A stretch of 64,000 nucleotides of DNA, taken from contig CAIJGS010000068.1 in assembly GCA_903820285.1 (NCBI GenBank), positions 2,214-66,213 of the forward strand, in the 5' to 3' direction. The notes beneath the pieces are model-generated. The model had not been told where the DNA came from and searched no databases. It saw only the letters and a list, made by a program, of their open reading frames with translations. Below, piece by piece: positions 28,847-38,047 of this stretch; the stretch's first letter is position 1, and each line of letters begins with the position of its first letter. Origin of the DNA: an uncultured Verrucomicrobia subdivision 3 bacterium. GTDB taxonomy: Bacteria > Verrucomicrobiota > Verrucomicrobiia > Limisphaerales > UBA11358. A program made the position numbers and the translations under genes.

Positions 28847-30303
28847 TGAACGCTTCCTTGATCACACTTGAATTGTGCGTAATCGCCCTCGGCACTGCGT
28901 TGCTGCTGGCGGATTTCTGGGTCCCGGCCGAGCGCAAGAAGTACCTCGCCTACGCGGCCATTGCCGCGCTGACCGGTCTGCTTGTCATCAGCTTTAGCGG
29001 TCAGGGGGTTTGCAGTCTGGGCGGTTCGGCCTTCAACGGTTCGTACGTGAATGACGCCTTGGCAGTCTTTTTCAAACGGCTCTTTTTGACGGCGGCCATC
29101 CTGGTTCTCTTTGTAGTGCTCCAGTTCTCGAGCCGCGTCCCTGGAGCCATCAGTGAGTATTACTCGCTGGTTCTGTTCGCGCTCGCCGGCATGTTATTTG
29201 CCGCCTCAGCCAATGACTTTCCGATGCTGTTCGTCTCCATCGAACTTATCACCATCACGTTCTACGTGCTGACGAGCTTCCAACGCTCGAAGATTGCGTC
29301 CCTCGAAGCGGGTGTGAAATACCTGATTCTGGGTGCCCTGTCCTCGTCCTTTATGATTTTCGGTATCGCGCTGATCTGGGGTACGACCGGTAAATTGAAT
29401 TTCAATGACCTCGCCGCCGTCGCCCCGCAGTTTGCCACGAGCAAGCTGTTCGTGCTTGGCGTGTTGATGGTGCTATCTGGTCTCGGTTTCAAAATCGCCG
29501 CGTTTCCGTTTCAGATCTGGGCACCTGACGTTTATCAAGGTGCGCCCACCCCGACCACCGCCTTTCTGGCCATCGGTTCCAAGGCTGCCGGTTTTGTCCT
29601 GCTCCTGCGTTTTCTGTTCACAGCCGTACCCGCCCTGACCACCCACTGGTCCAGCCTGCTGATCATCATTTCCTGCATCACTATTCTGTACGGCAACCTG
29701 TGCGCGCTGCCCCAGCGGAACCTCAAGCGCCTGCTCGCTTACTCGAGCATCTCACACGCGGGCTATCTGCTGCTGGGTGTAGCCGCTTTGAACACCGCCG
29801 GCATCGCGGCCATCCTGTATTATTTCGCCGGTTATTTGTTCACGGTGCTTGCCGCCTTCACGGTCATCGCGATTGTCTTCAAGAATTTGGAAAGTGAAGA
29901 AATCTCCGGTTTGGCCGGTTTGAGCCAGCGTTCGCCGTTTCTTGCTGCCACCATGACCTTTGCGATGGTTTCGCTGGCCGGTATTCCGCCGCTGGCCGGG
30001 TTCTTCGGCAAGTTCCTGCTGCTGAAAGCGGTCATTGCCCAGGGTGCCGCCACCCACGACCACGGTTATTACTGGCTCGCTGGCATTGCCTTGGTAGGCG
30101 TGGTTATCTCCATGTACTATTATTTCGGTGTCGTCCGGGCCATTTATTGGAGCCGCGAGACGGCGGATTTGACCCCCATTGAACTGGATGGTCCCGCCAA
30201 AGTTTCCCTCGCCCTGTGCGTGGCGGGTATTTTCTGGCTCGGTCTGTTCCCCAACACGATTCTGGATCTCGCCAACGAGGCGGCCAAATCGCTGGGCATC
30301 TGA
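28846..30303 (+). CDS. nuoN: NADH-quinone oxidoreductase subunit N
   Basis: 485 aa antiporter-like subunit. Its start overlaps the nuoM stop (TGATG). Last gene of the operon. Confidence 0.93.
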   Translation: MNASLITLELCVIALGTALLLADFWVPAERKKYLAYAAIAALTGLLVISFSGQGVCSLGGSAFNGSYVNDALAVFFKRLFLTAAILVLFVVLQFSSRVPGAISEYYSLVLFALAGMLFAASANDFPMLFVSIELITITFYVLTSFQRSKIASLEAGVKYLILGALSSSFMIFGIALIWGTTGKLNFNDLAAVAPQFATSKLFVLGVLMVLSGLGFKIAAFPFQIWAPDVYQGAPTPTTAFLAIGSKAAGFVLLLRFLFTAVPALTTHWSSLLIIISCITILYGNLCALPQRNLKRLLAYSSISHAGYLLLGVAALNTAGIAAILYYFAGYLFTVLAAFTVIAIVFKNLESEEISGLAGLSQRSPFLAATMTFAMVSLAGIPPLAGFFGKFLLLKAVIAQGAATHDHGYYWLAGIALVGVVISMYYYFGVVRAIYWSRETADLTPIELDGPAKVSLALCVAGIFWLGLFPNTILDLANEAAKSLGI

Positions 30304-30329
30304 CCTTTCTTTCAATTACGAATCCTTTA

Positions 30330-30358
30330 AACCCGGCGTTTAGCGCCGGGTTTTTTAT
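30330..30358 (+). terminator. intrinsic terminator after nuoN
   Basis: Stem cccggcg (30332..30338), loop tttag, stem cgccggg (30344..30350), followed by tttttt. Confidence 0.75.
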
Positions 30359-30479
30359 TTCCCGATCCTTTTCGGTACGTGTCGGCCAGTATCGGGACAA
30401 TGCGAATAGTTTAGTCTGCTCGCAAATTTCCGGTAACAACACCCTCGTTTCCGGTAATTAATGGGGATACGATGTCCGC

Positions 30480-31220
30480 ATGAGCAGCCAGGAAGCCTCC
30501 AGCGAAGGGCCGCGCCTGTTTCCGAACACCCGGTGGTCAGTGGTCCTGGCAGCGCGTCAGCCAGAGTCGCCGGAATCTGCGGCGGCACTGGAAACTATCT
30601 GCCGCGACTACTGGTATCCGCTCTACGCCTATGTCCGTCGTTGCGGACAGTCCCCGCCGGATGCCCAAGATCTCACGCAGGAATTTTTCTGCCGGCTCCT
30701 CGAGAAACACTGGCTTGATGCCGCCGACCGGGAAAAGGGCAAGCTGCGCGCCTACCTGATCGTGGCGCTGAAACATTTCATGAACAAGGAATGGCGCCGT
30801 CATTCCGCGCAGCGGCGTGGTGGTGGCCAGACCTGCGCGCAATCTGACACCGCGCTGGCCGAATCCCGTTACGCTGCCGACCCGCAGGCCCTTGCTCCCG
30901 ATGAGGCCTTCGACAAGCAATGGGCGCTGACCTTGCTTGATTTGACCGTCAACCGCTTGCAGGCGGAGCACCGGGCCGCCGGCCGCGCCGCTGAGTTTGA
31001 CATCCTCAAACAATGCCTGATGGCGGAACGCGGGGCGATTGACTATGCCGGCGTGGCCGGTCAACTGGGCGTGAACGAAGGGGCCGCGCGTGTGGCTGTG
31101 CATCGGCTGCGCAAACGGTTCCGTGAAATCTATCGCGAGGAAATTTCCCAGACCCTGGCGGATGGTGCCGATCTGGACGCCGAATTGCGCCATCTCGCCG
31201 CCGCCCTGGCCAGAGGGTAG
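30480..31220 (+). CDS. ECF-type sigma factor of the Ser/Thr-kinase-associated kind
   Basis: 246 aa. N-terminal TRWSVV motif, region 2 (DLTQEFFCRLL) and region 4 HTH (VAGQLGVNEGAARVAVHRLRKRF). A kinase gene follows immediately. Confidence 0.85.
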   Translation: MSSQEASSEGPRLFPNTRWSVVLAARQPESPESAAALETICRDYWYPLYAYVRRCGQSPPDAQDLTQEFFCRLLEKHWLDAADREKGKLRAYLIVALKHFMNKEWRRHSAQRRGGGQTCAQSDTALAESRYAADPQALAPDEAFDKQWALTLLDLTVNRLQAEHRAAGRAAEFDILKQCLMAERGAIDYAGVAGQLGVNEGAARVAVHRLRKRFREIYREEISQTLADGADLDAELRHLAAALARG

Positions 31221-31266
31221 AATAATAATCAGGTAACAATCCGTCCAAAACCGGTAAGTAACGTGC

Positions 31267-34110
31267 ATGAGCAACGAGTTCTCGACCAAATGTCCGCAAT
31301 GTGGCACGCCGCTGATGGAAAGTGCGCCCGCCGGGCTGTGCCCGCGCTGTCTGATGGCGCTCAATCTGCAAACGGAAACGGCTTTCACCGGTGATGCCGC
31401 CCCCAAGCAGGCACCGCTCACCCCGGAACAAATCGCCCCGTTTTTTTCCCAGTTGGAAATTTTGGAATTGCTCGGTCGCGGCGGCATGGGGGTGGTATAT
31501 AAGGCACGTCAGAAAACCCTGAACCGCTTGGTGGCCCTCAAACTCTTGGCCCCGGAGCGCGTCAACGATCCCAAGTTTGCCGAGCGCTTCACGCGGGAGG
31601 CTCAGGCACTCGCGGCGTTGAATCATCCGAACATTGTCACGATTCATGATTTCGGCCAGGCCGGCGGCTTTTATTTTCTGCTGATGGAATTTGTGGATGG
31701 CGCGAATCTCCGCCAATTATTGCGCGCCCGCAAGTTCACGCCCGAGGAGGCGCTCGCCATTATCCCGACGCTCTGCGATGCGCTGCAATTTGCCCATGAC
31801 CGCGGCATTGTACACCGCGACATCAAGCCCGAGAACCTGCTGCTCGACAAAACTGGTCGTGTCAAAATCGCCGACTTTGGCATCGCCAAAATTTTGGGCA
31901 CCAGCCCTGGAAATGAAGTCGCCGGCGCGCCGGCCCCTGCCGCTGATGCCACGCAAAACGCCGTTGGCACCCCGGGCTACAGCGCCCCCGAGCAGCGCTC
32001 TGACCCGCAGCGCGTGGATAGCCGGGCGGACATCTATTCGCTCGGCGTGGTGTTTTATGAAATGCTTACCGGCGAATTGCCTGGCAAAAAAATCGAGCTG
32101 CCCTCCCGGAAAGTTCACGTGGATGTCCGGCTGGATGAAGTTGTGCTGCGCGCCTTGGAAACCAAACCCGAGCTCCGCTACCAGCAGGCCAGCACGTTTA
32201 AAACCGAGGTGGAGACCATCGCCGGCAGTCCGGGAAAAACGCCTGCCCAATTTCCAGCTGTTCCGGTCCCGCCCAAGCTTTCCCGCTTCCAAACTGTCGT
32301 GCTCACGGTGTCCAATGTGGTGCTGGCCGGTCTGCTCGCCTTTACCGGCTGGCTGGCGTACGAGACGGAAATCTTCTTCAACGTCCTGTACTTCTTTGTC
32401 CTGTTCATGGTGCCAGCCCTCATCATGTTGGCAGCAGGACGCAGTGTTACCGGTTCACTGGAATTGTGGTTCTGGCGGAATCCATTCGCGCCGGGCATGG
32501 GTAAACAGTGTGCGCAAGTCCTGATCCGCTGGACGTTCTGGTTGCTCGCGGCTCTGGTGTTGGGAGCCTGTCTGGTTCCCGTGCAATTTTCCCCGAGTGA
32601 ATACACCACGATGCACGTGCTGTACTGGGGCGCTGTCATCGCGCTGCTGCTGCTGGAACTGCTGCCGGGCAAACGTGTTTATGTCGCCACGAATTTTGTT
32701 TTCGCGGCGGGAGCCATTTTCATGGCCATGCAACTGGTGCGAATTTACTGGCCGGAAGCCAAAGCGGATGGCGTGGTCCTGTCCGCGCCATTCCAAGGCG
32801 AATGGCTGGTGGTTCACGGCGGCCGTAGTCCCCTGATCAATGCCCACTACCACTTCAACAATCAGCGGGATGCCCTGGACATCGAACGGATCGTGAATGG
32901 TCAGGAGCGGACCGGTGACCCCGGCCAGCTCACGTCCTATCCCTCCTGGGGCGAAACGCTCTATGCCCCGGCGGATGGCAAAATAACCGAAGTGGTCAAT
33001 GATCTGGCCGATCTGCCGCTCGGTGAGACCGACCTGGAAAATCTTGCCGGTAATCACATCGTCATCGATATCGGGCAGGGACACTACGTTGTCATGGCCC
33101 ACTTGCAAAAGGGTAGCGTACTCGTGGCCCTTGGCGAAACGGTTCGCACCGGTCAGCCCGTGGCCAAGTGCGGTCATTCGGGCAACACGAGTCATCCCCA
33201 TTTGCATCTGCAGGTGCAGGATCAGCCCAAGTTTACGCTCAAGGCTGTGAAAACCTGGCCGATCCTGTTTCAGAACGCCACCGGCCTGCGCGCCGGTCAC
33301 GCGCTTACTGAGTCACCCTTCTTTGTGCGTCGTAACGACCATATCATTTCCCAATCACCTCTGGCGGAAACTCCGCCCAAAAATCGAGTCGAAGATGCCG
33401 TCACGGCAGCGGCTACCGCCTGGCTGTCCCTGATGGATCACGGCGACTACACCCAAACTTGGGTGACCGCATCTGCCAGTTTTCACCAGGCCATTTCTCA
33501 GGCCGACTGGGTTGCCAAAGCGAATCAAACCGTTCAGTCATTGGGAAGTTTGCAATCGCGTAAACTCCAATCCAGCCGGATCGCCACCAATTATCCTGGC
33601 CTGCCCGCCGGGGATGGGTATGTGACCACATTCAACAGCGCCTTTGCCAGTTTTTCTCCGGCGTTGGAAACCGTCGTGTGTTCGCGCGAAACCAATGGCA
33701 GTTGGAAAGTCGCGGGATATCTGGTGTCGCCTGGCACGGAAACCAACCGCAACGGGCTTACGGCGGTGGAGAAAACCGTGGTGGGCGAAGCCCAAATCTG
33801 GCTCGCGCTGGTGGATGCCGGCCACTATGACGAAAGCTGGAAAACTGCCGGCGCCGCCTTTCGGGCCGCCGTCAGCGAACCGGACTGGAGCAGCACCATC
33901 AAAAGCGTCCGCCAGCCGCTGGGTTCGCAGCAGTCGCGGACTTTGAAATCAGCCAAACTATTGGATCATTTGCCCGGCGCACCCGTCGGCCAATATGTGC
34001 TGATGCAGTTTGGCACGTCCTTTGAACATGCGACGTCCAGCGTCGAAACCGTCACCTTCATGCAGGAAGCCGATGGCAGTTGGAAATCCGCCGGGTATTA
34101 TATCAAATAG
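31267..34110 (+). CDS. Ser/Thr protein kinase with zinc ribbon, 5 TM helices, M23 peptidase domain and two DUF4019-like repeats
   Basis: CPQCG...CPRC zinc ribbon. Kinase motifs GRGGMGVVYKA, VALK, HRDIKPENLLL, DFGIA, GTPGYSAPE. M23 motifs HIVID and HPHLHLQ. Duplicated C-terminal module (WLSLMDHGDYTQTW / WLALVDAGHYDESW ... WKVAGY / WKSAGY). Confidence 0.9.
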   Translation: MSNEFSTKCPQCGTPLMESAPAGLCPRCLMALNLQTETAFTGDAAPKQAPLTPEQIAPFFSQLEILELLGRGGMGVVYKARQKTLNRLVALKLLAPERVNDPKFAERFTREAQALAALNHPNIVTIHDFGQAGGFYFLLMEFVDGANLRQLLRARKFTPEEALAIIPTLCDALQFAHDRGIVHRDIKPENLLLDKTGRVKIADFGIAKILGTSPGNEVAGAPAPAADATQNAVGTPGYSAPEQRSDPQRVDSRADIYSLGVVFYEMLTGELPGKKIELPSRKVHVDVRLDEVVLRALETKPELRYQQASTFKTEVETIAGSPGKTPAQFPAVPVPPKLSRFQTVVLTVSNVVLAGLLAFTGWLAYETEIFFNVLYFFVLFMVPALIMLAAGRSVTGSLELWFWRNPFAPGMGKQCAQVLIRWTFWLLAALVLGACLVPVQFSPSEYTTMHVLYWGAVIALLLLELLPGKRVYVATNFVFAAGAIFMAMQLVRIYWPEAKADGVVLSAPFQGEWLVVHGGRSPLINAHYHFNNQRDALDIERIVNGQERTGDPGQLTSYPSWGETLYAPADGKITEVVNDLADLPLGETDLENLAGNHIVIDIGQGHYVVMAHLQKGSVLVALGETVRTGQPVAKCGHSGNTSHPHLHLQVQDQPKFTLKAVKTWPILFQNATGLRAGHALTESPFFVRRNDHIISQSPLAETPPKNRVEDAVTAAATAWLSLMDHGDYTQTWVTASASFHQAISQADWVAKANQTVQSLGSLQSRKLQSSRIATNYPGLPAGDGYVTTFNSAFASFSPALETVVCSRETNGSWKVAGYLVSPGTETNRNGLTAVEKTVVGEAQIWLALVDAGHYDESWKTAGAAFRAAVSEPDWSSTIKSVRQPLGSQQSRTLKSAKLLDHLPGAPVGQYVLMQFGTSFEHATSSVETVTFMQEADGSWKSAGYYIK

Positions 34111-34119
34111 GCCGAACGC

Positions 34120-34755
34120 TTACCGCCCAAGATACTTGTTAATCGCCTCCACCTTCGAGTGCACGTGCAGTTTTTCATAGATTTTGCGGATGTAGTTTCG
34201 CACGCCGTGCACGGTGATGCCCAGGTGGTCGGCGATTTCCTTGTAGCTGTAACCCTGGGCCAACTCCTCAAGAAATTTCTTTTGCCCGGCCGTAAGATCA
34301 TCCATGCCGGATGGCGAACTCTTCGCCGGGCCGGAAAAGAACTGAACCACGCGCCGCGCAATCTGCGGGGTCATCGGCGATCCGCCGGCATGCAGTTCTT
34401 GGATGGCCTGCAACAACCGTACCGAGGAAGTCCGCTTCAGCAGATAACCGCCGGCACCGGCCTTGAGCGATTCGAACAGCCGGTCGCTGTCTTCGTAAGC
34501 CGTCAGCATCAGAAAATTCGTGGCCGGCATGGCCGCCTTGAGTTCGCGCACGCATTCCACGCCATCCACCCCCGGCAACTGAATGTCCATCACCACCACG
34601 TCCGGCTTCAAGGGGGGAATGCCCTTGAGCGCTGCCGGGCCGTCCTTGAAAGCGCCCAACAGATTTAATTCCGGCGCTTCACCGAGAAGCTCCGTCAGTT
34701 TGCTGCGGAACTCTTCGTGATCTTCGACGATGGCGATTTTGATGGTTTTGCTCAT
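34120..34755 (-). CDS. NarL/FixJ-family response regulator
   Basis: 211 aa. Receiver domain (IAIVEDHEEF, phospho-acceptor VVVMDIQLPG) plus a LuxR-type HTH (LAQGYSYKEIADHLGITVHGVRNYIRKIYEKL). Overlaps the HK gene by 4 nt. Confidence 0.9.
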   Translation of the reverse strand: MSKTIKIAIVEDHEEFRSKLTELLGEAPELNLLGAFKDGPAALKGIPPLKPDVVVMDIQLPGVDGVECVRELKAAMPATNFLMLTAYEDSDRLFESLKAGAGGYLLKRTSSVRLLQAIQELHAGGSPMTPQIARRVVQFFSGPAKSSPSGMDDLTAGQKKFLEELAQGYSYKEIADHLGITVHGVRNYIRKIYEKLHVHSKVEAINKYLGR

Positions 34756-37700
34756 TTGGCACCCGCAGGGCTTTCAGGTTTGTAGCCGGTGGGGTAACTC
34801 ACTGTCAATCGGATAGTCGTGCCGTCGCCGGGTTTGGTCTCGACCATCAGCCGGCCGCCCAGCGTTTCAATGCGCCGGCGCATGTTTTTCAAGCCGTTCC
34901 GTTCGCTGCCGGCCGCTGCTGCGGCATCAAAGCCCGCGCCATTGTCGTGGATGAAAAGTTCCACCTGCCGTCCGGCCGTGGCTGCCCCCAGCACAATTTC
35001 CGTGGCGCGGGCATGTTTCAAGGTGTTGTTCAGCGCTTCTTTCACGGTCAGGAACAGATGATGCCGCATTTCTGGCGGCAGCGGCAGCGCCGGCAGGTCC
35101 TCCTGGATCTGGAAACGGCAGCGGATGCCCGTGTCTTCAAACAATTCGCGGGCCAGCTGCGTGAGATATTCCACCAAGCTGCGCAGGGAGTCGTTTTGCG
35201 GATTCACCGCCCAGACAATTTCATCCAGCGATCTCGCTGTGCGCACCGCAAACGTCGATACCTTTTCCAAGCGCGACTTCAATTCTTCAGCATCATCTCC
35301 CCGTGAGCGGCCCAGGTCGCTCACCGACATGGAAATATAATTCAGGCTCGACCCCAGTTCATCATGCAAATCGCAGGCAATGCGCTCGCGCTCGGTAGTC
35401 ATCGCCCGTTCCCGCTCGAGGCGTTTAAGCCGCGCGCGGTAGCGTCGCCGTTCCACGTACCGGATGCCCCCGGCAAACAATCCCAGGATAGCCAGCGCCA
35501 GCAGCAATTCAAACCAGGCCATCTGCCAGAAATAAGGTAGCACGGTAAACGAGACGTCCGCCCCGGTCTCATTCCACTGCCCGTTGTCGTTGCTCGCCAG
35601 CACGCGGAAACGGTAGCTGCCCGGCGGCACATAGCCATAATGCGCCACCCGGATGTTCCCCGCTTCAATCCAGTGTGAATCCAGTCCATTGAGCTGATAT
35701 TTGAACTGGATCTTTTCCGGGGCATCAAAGCTCAGTGCCGTGTAATGAAATTCAAAACTGTGCCGGCCCGGCGGAATTTGCAAGCCGGCGCCGCCGGGAA
35801 AATCGATCGCCGAGGCCAGGGTGGCAAGTGGCGATGCCGGCTTGCCGGCGGGCAGGTTGGTCAGCCCCCGGCCATCCATGAGCACATCTTCCATCAGCAC
35901 GGTGGGCGGGGTCGCATTGTTGACCTGATGCCGAGGATCGATCACCACAATTCCCTTGGCCGTGGAAAAACAGAGCTGCCCGTCATGCGTTTTCAAGGCC
36001 GCACCGAAATTGCCCACGCAGGCTTCCGAGGGCATCCCGTCCGAACGGCCAAATACCAGCGTATGCACGCTGGCCGCCTGGCTGCCGGCCACGTCGTTTA
36101 AAACCCGCTTATACACCCGGTAGATGCCCCGGTTGCAGCCCAGCCACAGGCTGCCGTTATCGTCATCCAGTATTTGCAGGACGGTATCGTCAATCAGCCC
36201 TTCCTGTGAAGTGAAACTGACCAGATGATCGTGCGACCACCGCGCCAGTCCCCCGCCGTCCATCCCGATCCATAATGTTCCATCCGAATCCAACCGCAGC
36301 GTACGGATTAGATTGCTCCGTAAACCGTCCCGGGTGGTAAGCGTGGTGAGCTGGCCGTGCTGCCACCGGCCCAGCCCGCCGCCCAGGGAGCCAATCCACA
36401 ATGTGCCGTCTTCCGACCATGCCAGCGAGGTAATCGGACGGCCGGACAGGCCTTTGAGGGCCGTGGCTTTCCCCTGGCTCACCAGTAACAGCTGACCGTT
36501 GTATGTGCCCACCCACATGCCATCATCCGGAGCTTCGCACAAACACCAGATCCGATCTCCGGCCAGGACGCCTTCGCCAAATTTGAATTGCTGCTGGCCG
36601 GCGCGCCATTGGTACAGCACCGGTCCGGCACCCCACCACAGGCTGCCATCGGCCGTGCCCAGCATCGCCTCAACAATCACATGATCATGAAAGGGTTTCT
36701 CGGTCACCTGCGCCATTTCGAGCTGTCCGGCTGGCTGCCGGTAAATGCCCTGCCCATAAGTGCCCACCCACAAATCGCCATTGGTGGTTTCGGTCAGGGA
36801 ACGCAACTGACATTCGGAGGAGCCTTCCAGCGCATGCCAAACGGTCAGCCGCTTCGGCCCGATCCGGCTCAAGCCGCCCGACTGGCTGCCCGCCCAGAGG
36901 AATTGGGAATCCGCAAACAGGGACAGAATCGCATCATCCGGCAGGCCATCTTTCATCCGCAACGCGTTGAACCGGCCATTTTGCAGAAAATAAACCCCCT
37001 CATTTAGTGATGCTGCCCAAACGGCTCCATCCGCCGATTCCGCCAGCCGGTTTAACACGATTTCCGGGAAGCCTTCATTGGTGCCATAGCGGGTCCAGCT
37101 GCCATTTGCGTAGCAGTAAATGCATTTCTCGCGCGCCCCGACCCACAACCGGTCCTGTCGGTCCACCAACAGGCAGCGGGGATTGAAATCGCCAATGCCC
37201 GCCGGCCGATTGTTGGTTGAAAAACGGTCATCCCGGAAACACACCAGCCCGTTATGCAGGGTGGCTGCCCAGACGTCGCCCTGCCGGTCGCGCGCCAGAT
37301 CATAGACCAGGCCCAGATTATGCCCCATCACCTCAAACTTGCCATTGCTCCGGCGGCACAGGCCCGTAGATGTAGCCACCCAAATGTCACCATTGGTCGC
37401 TTCCAACACGGTCTGGATGGAATTTCCTGCGAGCCCATCCTTGATGGTGAAGTTTTCAATTTCGCCATGGAACAGACGGTTCAAGCCGCCGCCGGTGGTG
37501 CCCACCCACAAGGCGCCAAGATGATCTTCCAGCAACGCCGAAATTTGCAGACTGCTCAACCCTTCCGGTAGTCCCAGCACCCGACAATGCACGCCGTCAA
37601 ACCGTACCAGCCCATTGTCAGTACCCAGCCAGAGATAGCCATCGCGGGTTTGGGTGATCGCGTTGACCGTGTTGTTGGGCAGCCCCTGATCCGTCTGCCA

Positions 37701-37823
37701 GGAGCGCACCAGAAAGGGGGGCGCCGGGTTGGCCGCCTCCTGCGCCACCGCCGGCAGCAGGATTCCGCGTCCCAGCATCAGCAGGCAAACGACCGCAATC
37801 TGGCGCAGGCGAAACGACATCAT
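34752..37823 (-). CDS. sensor histidine kinase with periplasmic beta-propeller repeats and a Y_Y_Y domain
   Basis: Many DG.LW.GT propeller repeats, a Y_Y_Y region (FKYQLNGLDSHWIEAG...YRFRVLASNDNGQWNE), one TM helix, the HisKA_3 H-box (ACDLHDELGSSL) and HATPase_c. Start taken at MMSFRL (37823); the track ORF runs to 38018. Confidence 0.88.
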   Translation of the reverse strand: MMSFRLRQIAVVCLLMLGRGILLPAVAQEAANPAPPFLVRSWQTDQGLPNNTVNAITQTRDGYLWLGTDNGLVRFDGVHCRVLGLPEGLSSLQISALLEDHLGALWVGTTGGGLNRLFHGEIENFTIKDGLAGNSIQTVLEATNGDIWVATSTGLCRRSNGKFEVMGHNLGLVYDLARDRQGDVWAATLHNGLVCFRDDRFSTNNRPAGIGDFNPRCLLVDRQDRLWVGAREKCIYCYANGSWTRYGTNEGFPEIVLNRLAESADGAVWAASLNEGVYFLQNGRFNALRMKDGLPDDAILSLFADSQFLWAGSQSGGLSRIGPKRLTVWHALEGSSECQLRSLTETTNGDLWVGTYGQGIYRQPAGQLEMAQVTEKPFHDHVIVEAMLGTADGSLWWGAGPVLYQWRAGQQQFKFGEGVLAGDRIWCLCEAPDDGMWVGTYNGQLLLVSQGKATALKGLSGRPITSLAWSEDGTLWIGSLGGGLGRWQHGQLTTLTTRDGLRSNLIRTLRLDSDGTLWIGMDGGGLARWSHDHLVSFTSQEGLIDDTVLQILDDDNGSLWLGCNRGIYRVYKRVLNDVAGSQAASVHTLVFGRSDGMPSEACVGNFGAALKTHDGQLCFSTAKGIVVIDPRHQVNNATPPTVLMEDVLMDGRGLTNLPAGKPASPLATLASAIDFPGGAGLQIPPGRHSFEFHYTALSFDAPEKIQFKYQLNGLDSHWIEAGNIRVAHYGYVPPGSYRFRVLASNDNGQWNETGADVSFTVLPYFWQMAWFELLLALAILGLFAGGIRYVERRRYRARLKRLERERAMTTERERIACDLHDELGSSLNYISMSVSDLGRSRGDDAEELKSRLEKVSTFAVRTARSLDEIVWAVNPQNDSLRSLVEYLTQLARELFEDTGIRCRFQIQEDLPALPLPPEMRHHLFLTVKEALNNTLKHARATEIVLGAATAGRQVELFIHDNGAGFDAAAAAGSERNGLKNMRRRIETLGGRLMVETKPGDGTTIRLTVSYPTGYKPESPAGAK

Positions 37824-37854
37824 TTGAATCCCAACATAAGTGCTGCCCGTATTC

Positions 37855-37930
37855 AAGGGCAATAAATGTGAATCAATAAGCCAAGGTAGTGAAAAAACCG
37901 CTGCGAAGCTAAGAGCATCTTTATGCCCTT
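37855..37930. promoter_or_regulatory. imperfect inverted-repeat element (copy 1) in the HK/GH20 divergent intergenic region
   Basis: aagggcaataaa (37855..37866) pairs with ctttatgccctt (37919..37930). Contains the 17-mer gagcatctttatgccct (37913..37929), identical to 43713..43729. Confidence 0.4.
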
Positions 37931-38047
37931 TGAAACAGTCCCAAAGATGGGATAATTCCAGAATAAATCGCCGGGCTATTGCGCCCCCTGGCCGGTCTCC
38001 GGAAAAGGGAAGCATCATTGACCGAGGTTAATTTGCAGGTGGATGTA

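Noticed and set aside
34752-38018. N-terminal extensions of track ORFs: the HK to 38018, GH20 from 37979, sulfatase 3 to 53298, sulfatase 5 to 56394 and the DUF3472-like gene to 58265
   Set aside because: The extensions lack signal peptides and overlap neighbouring genes or the shared intergenic element. Internal Met codons give canonical signal peptides, so shorter gene models were adopted.
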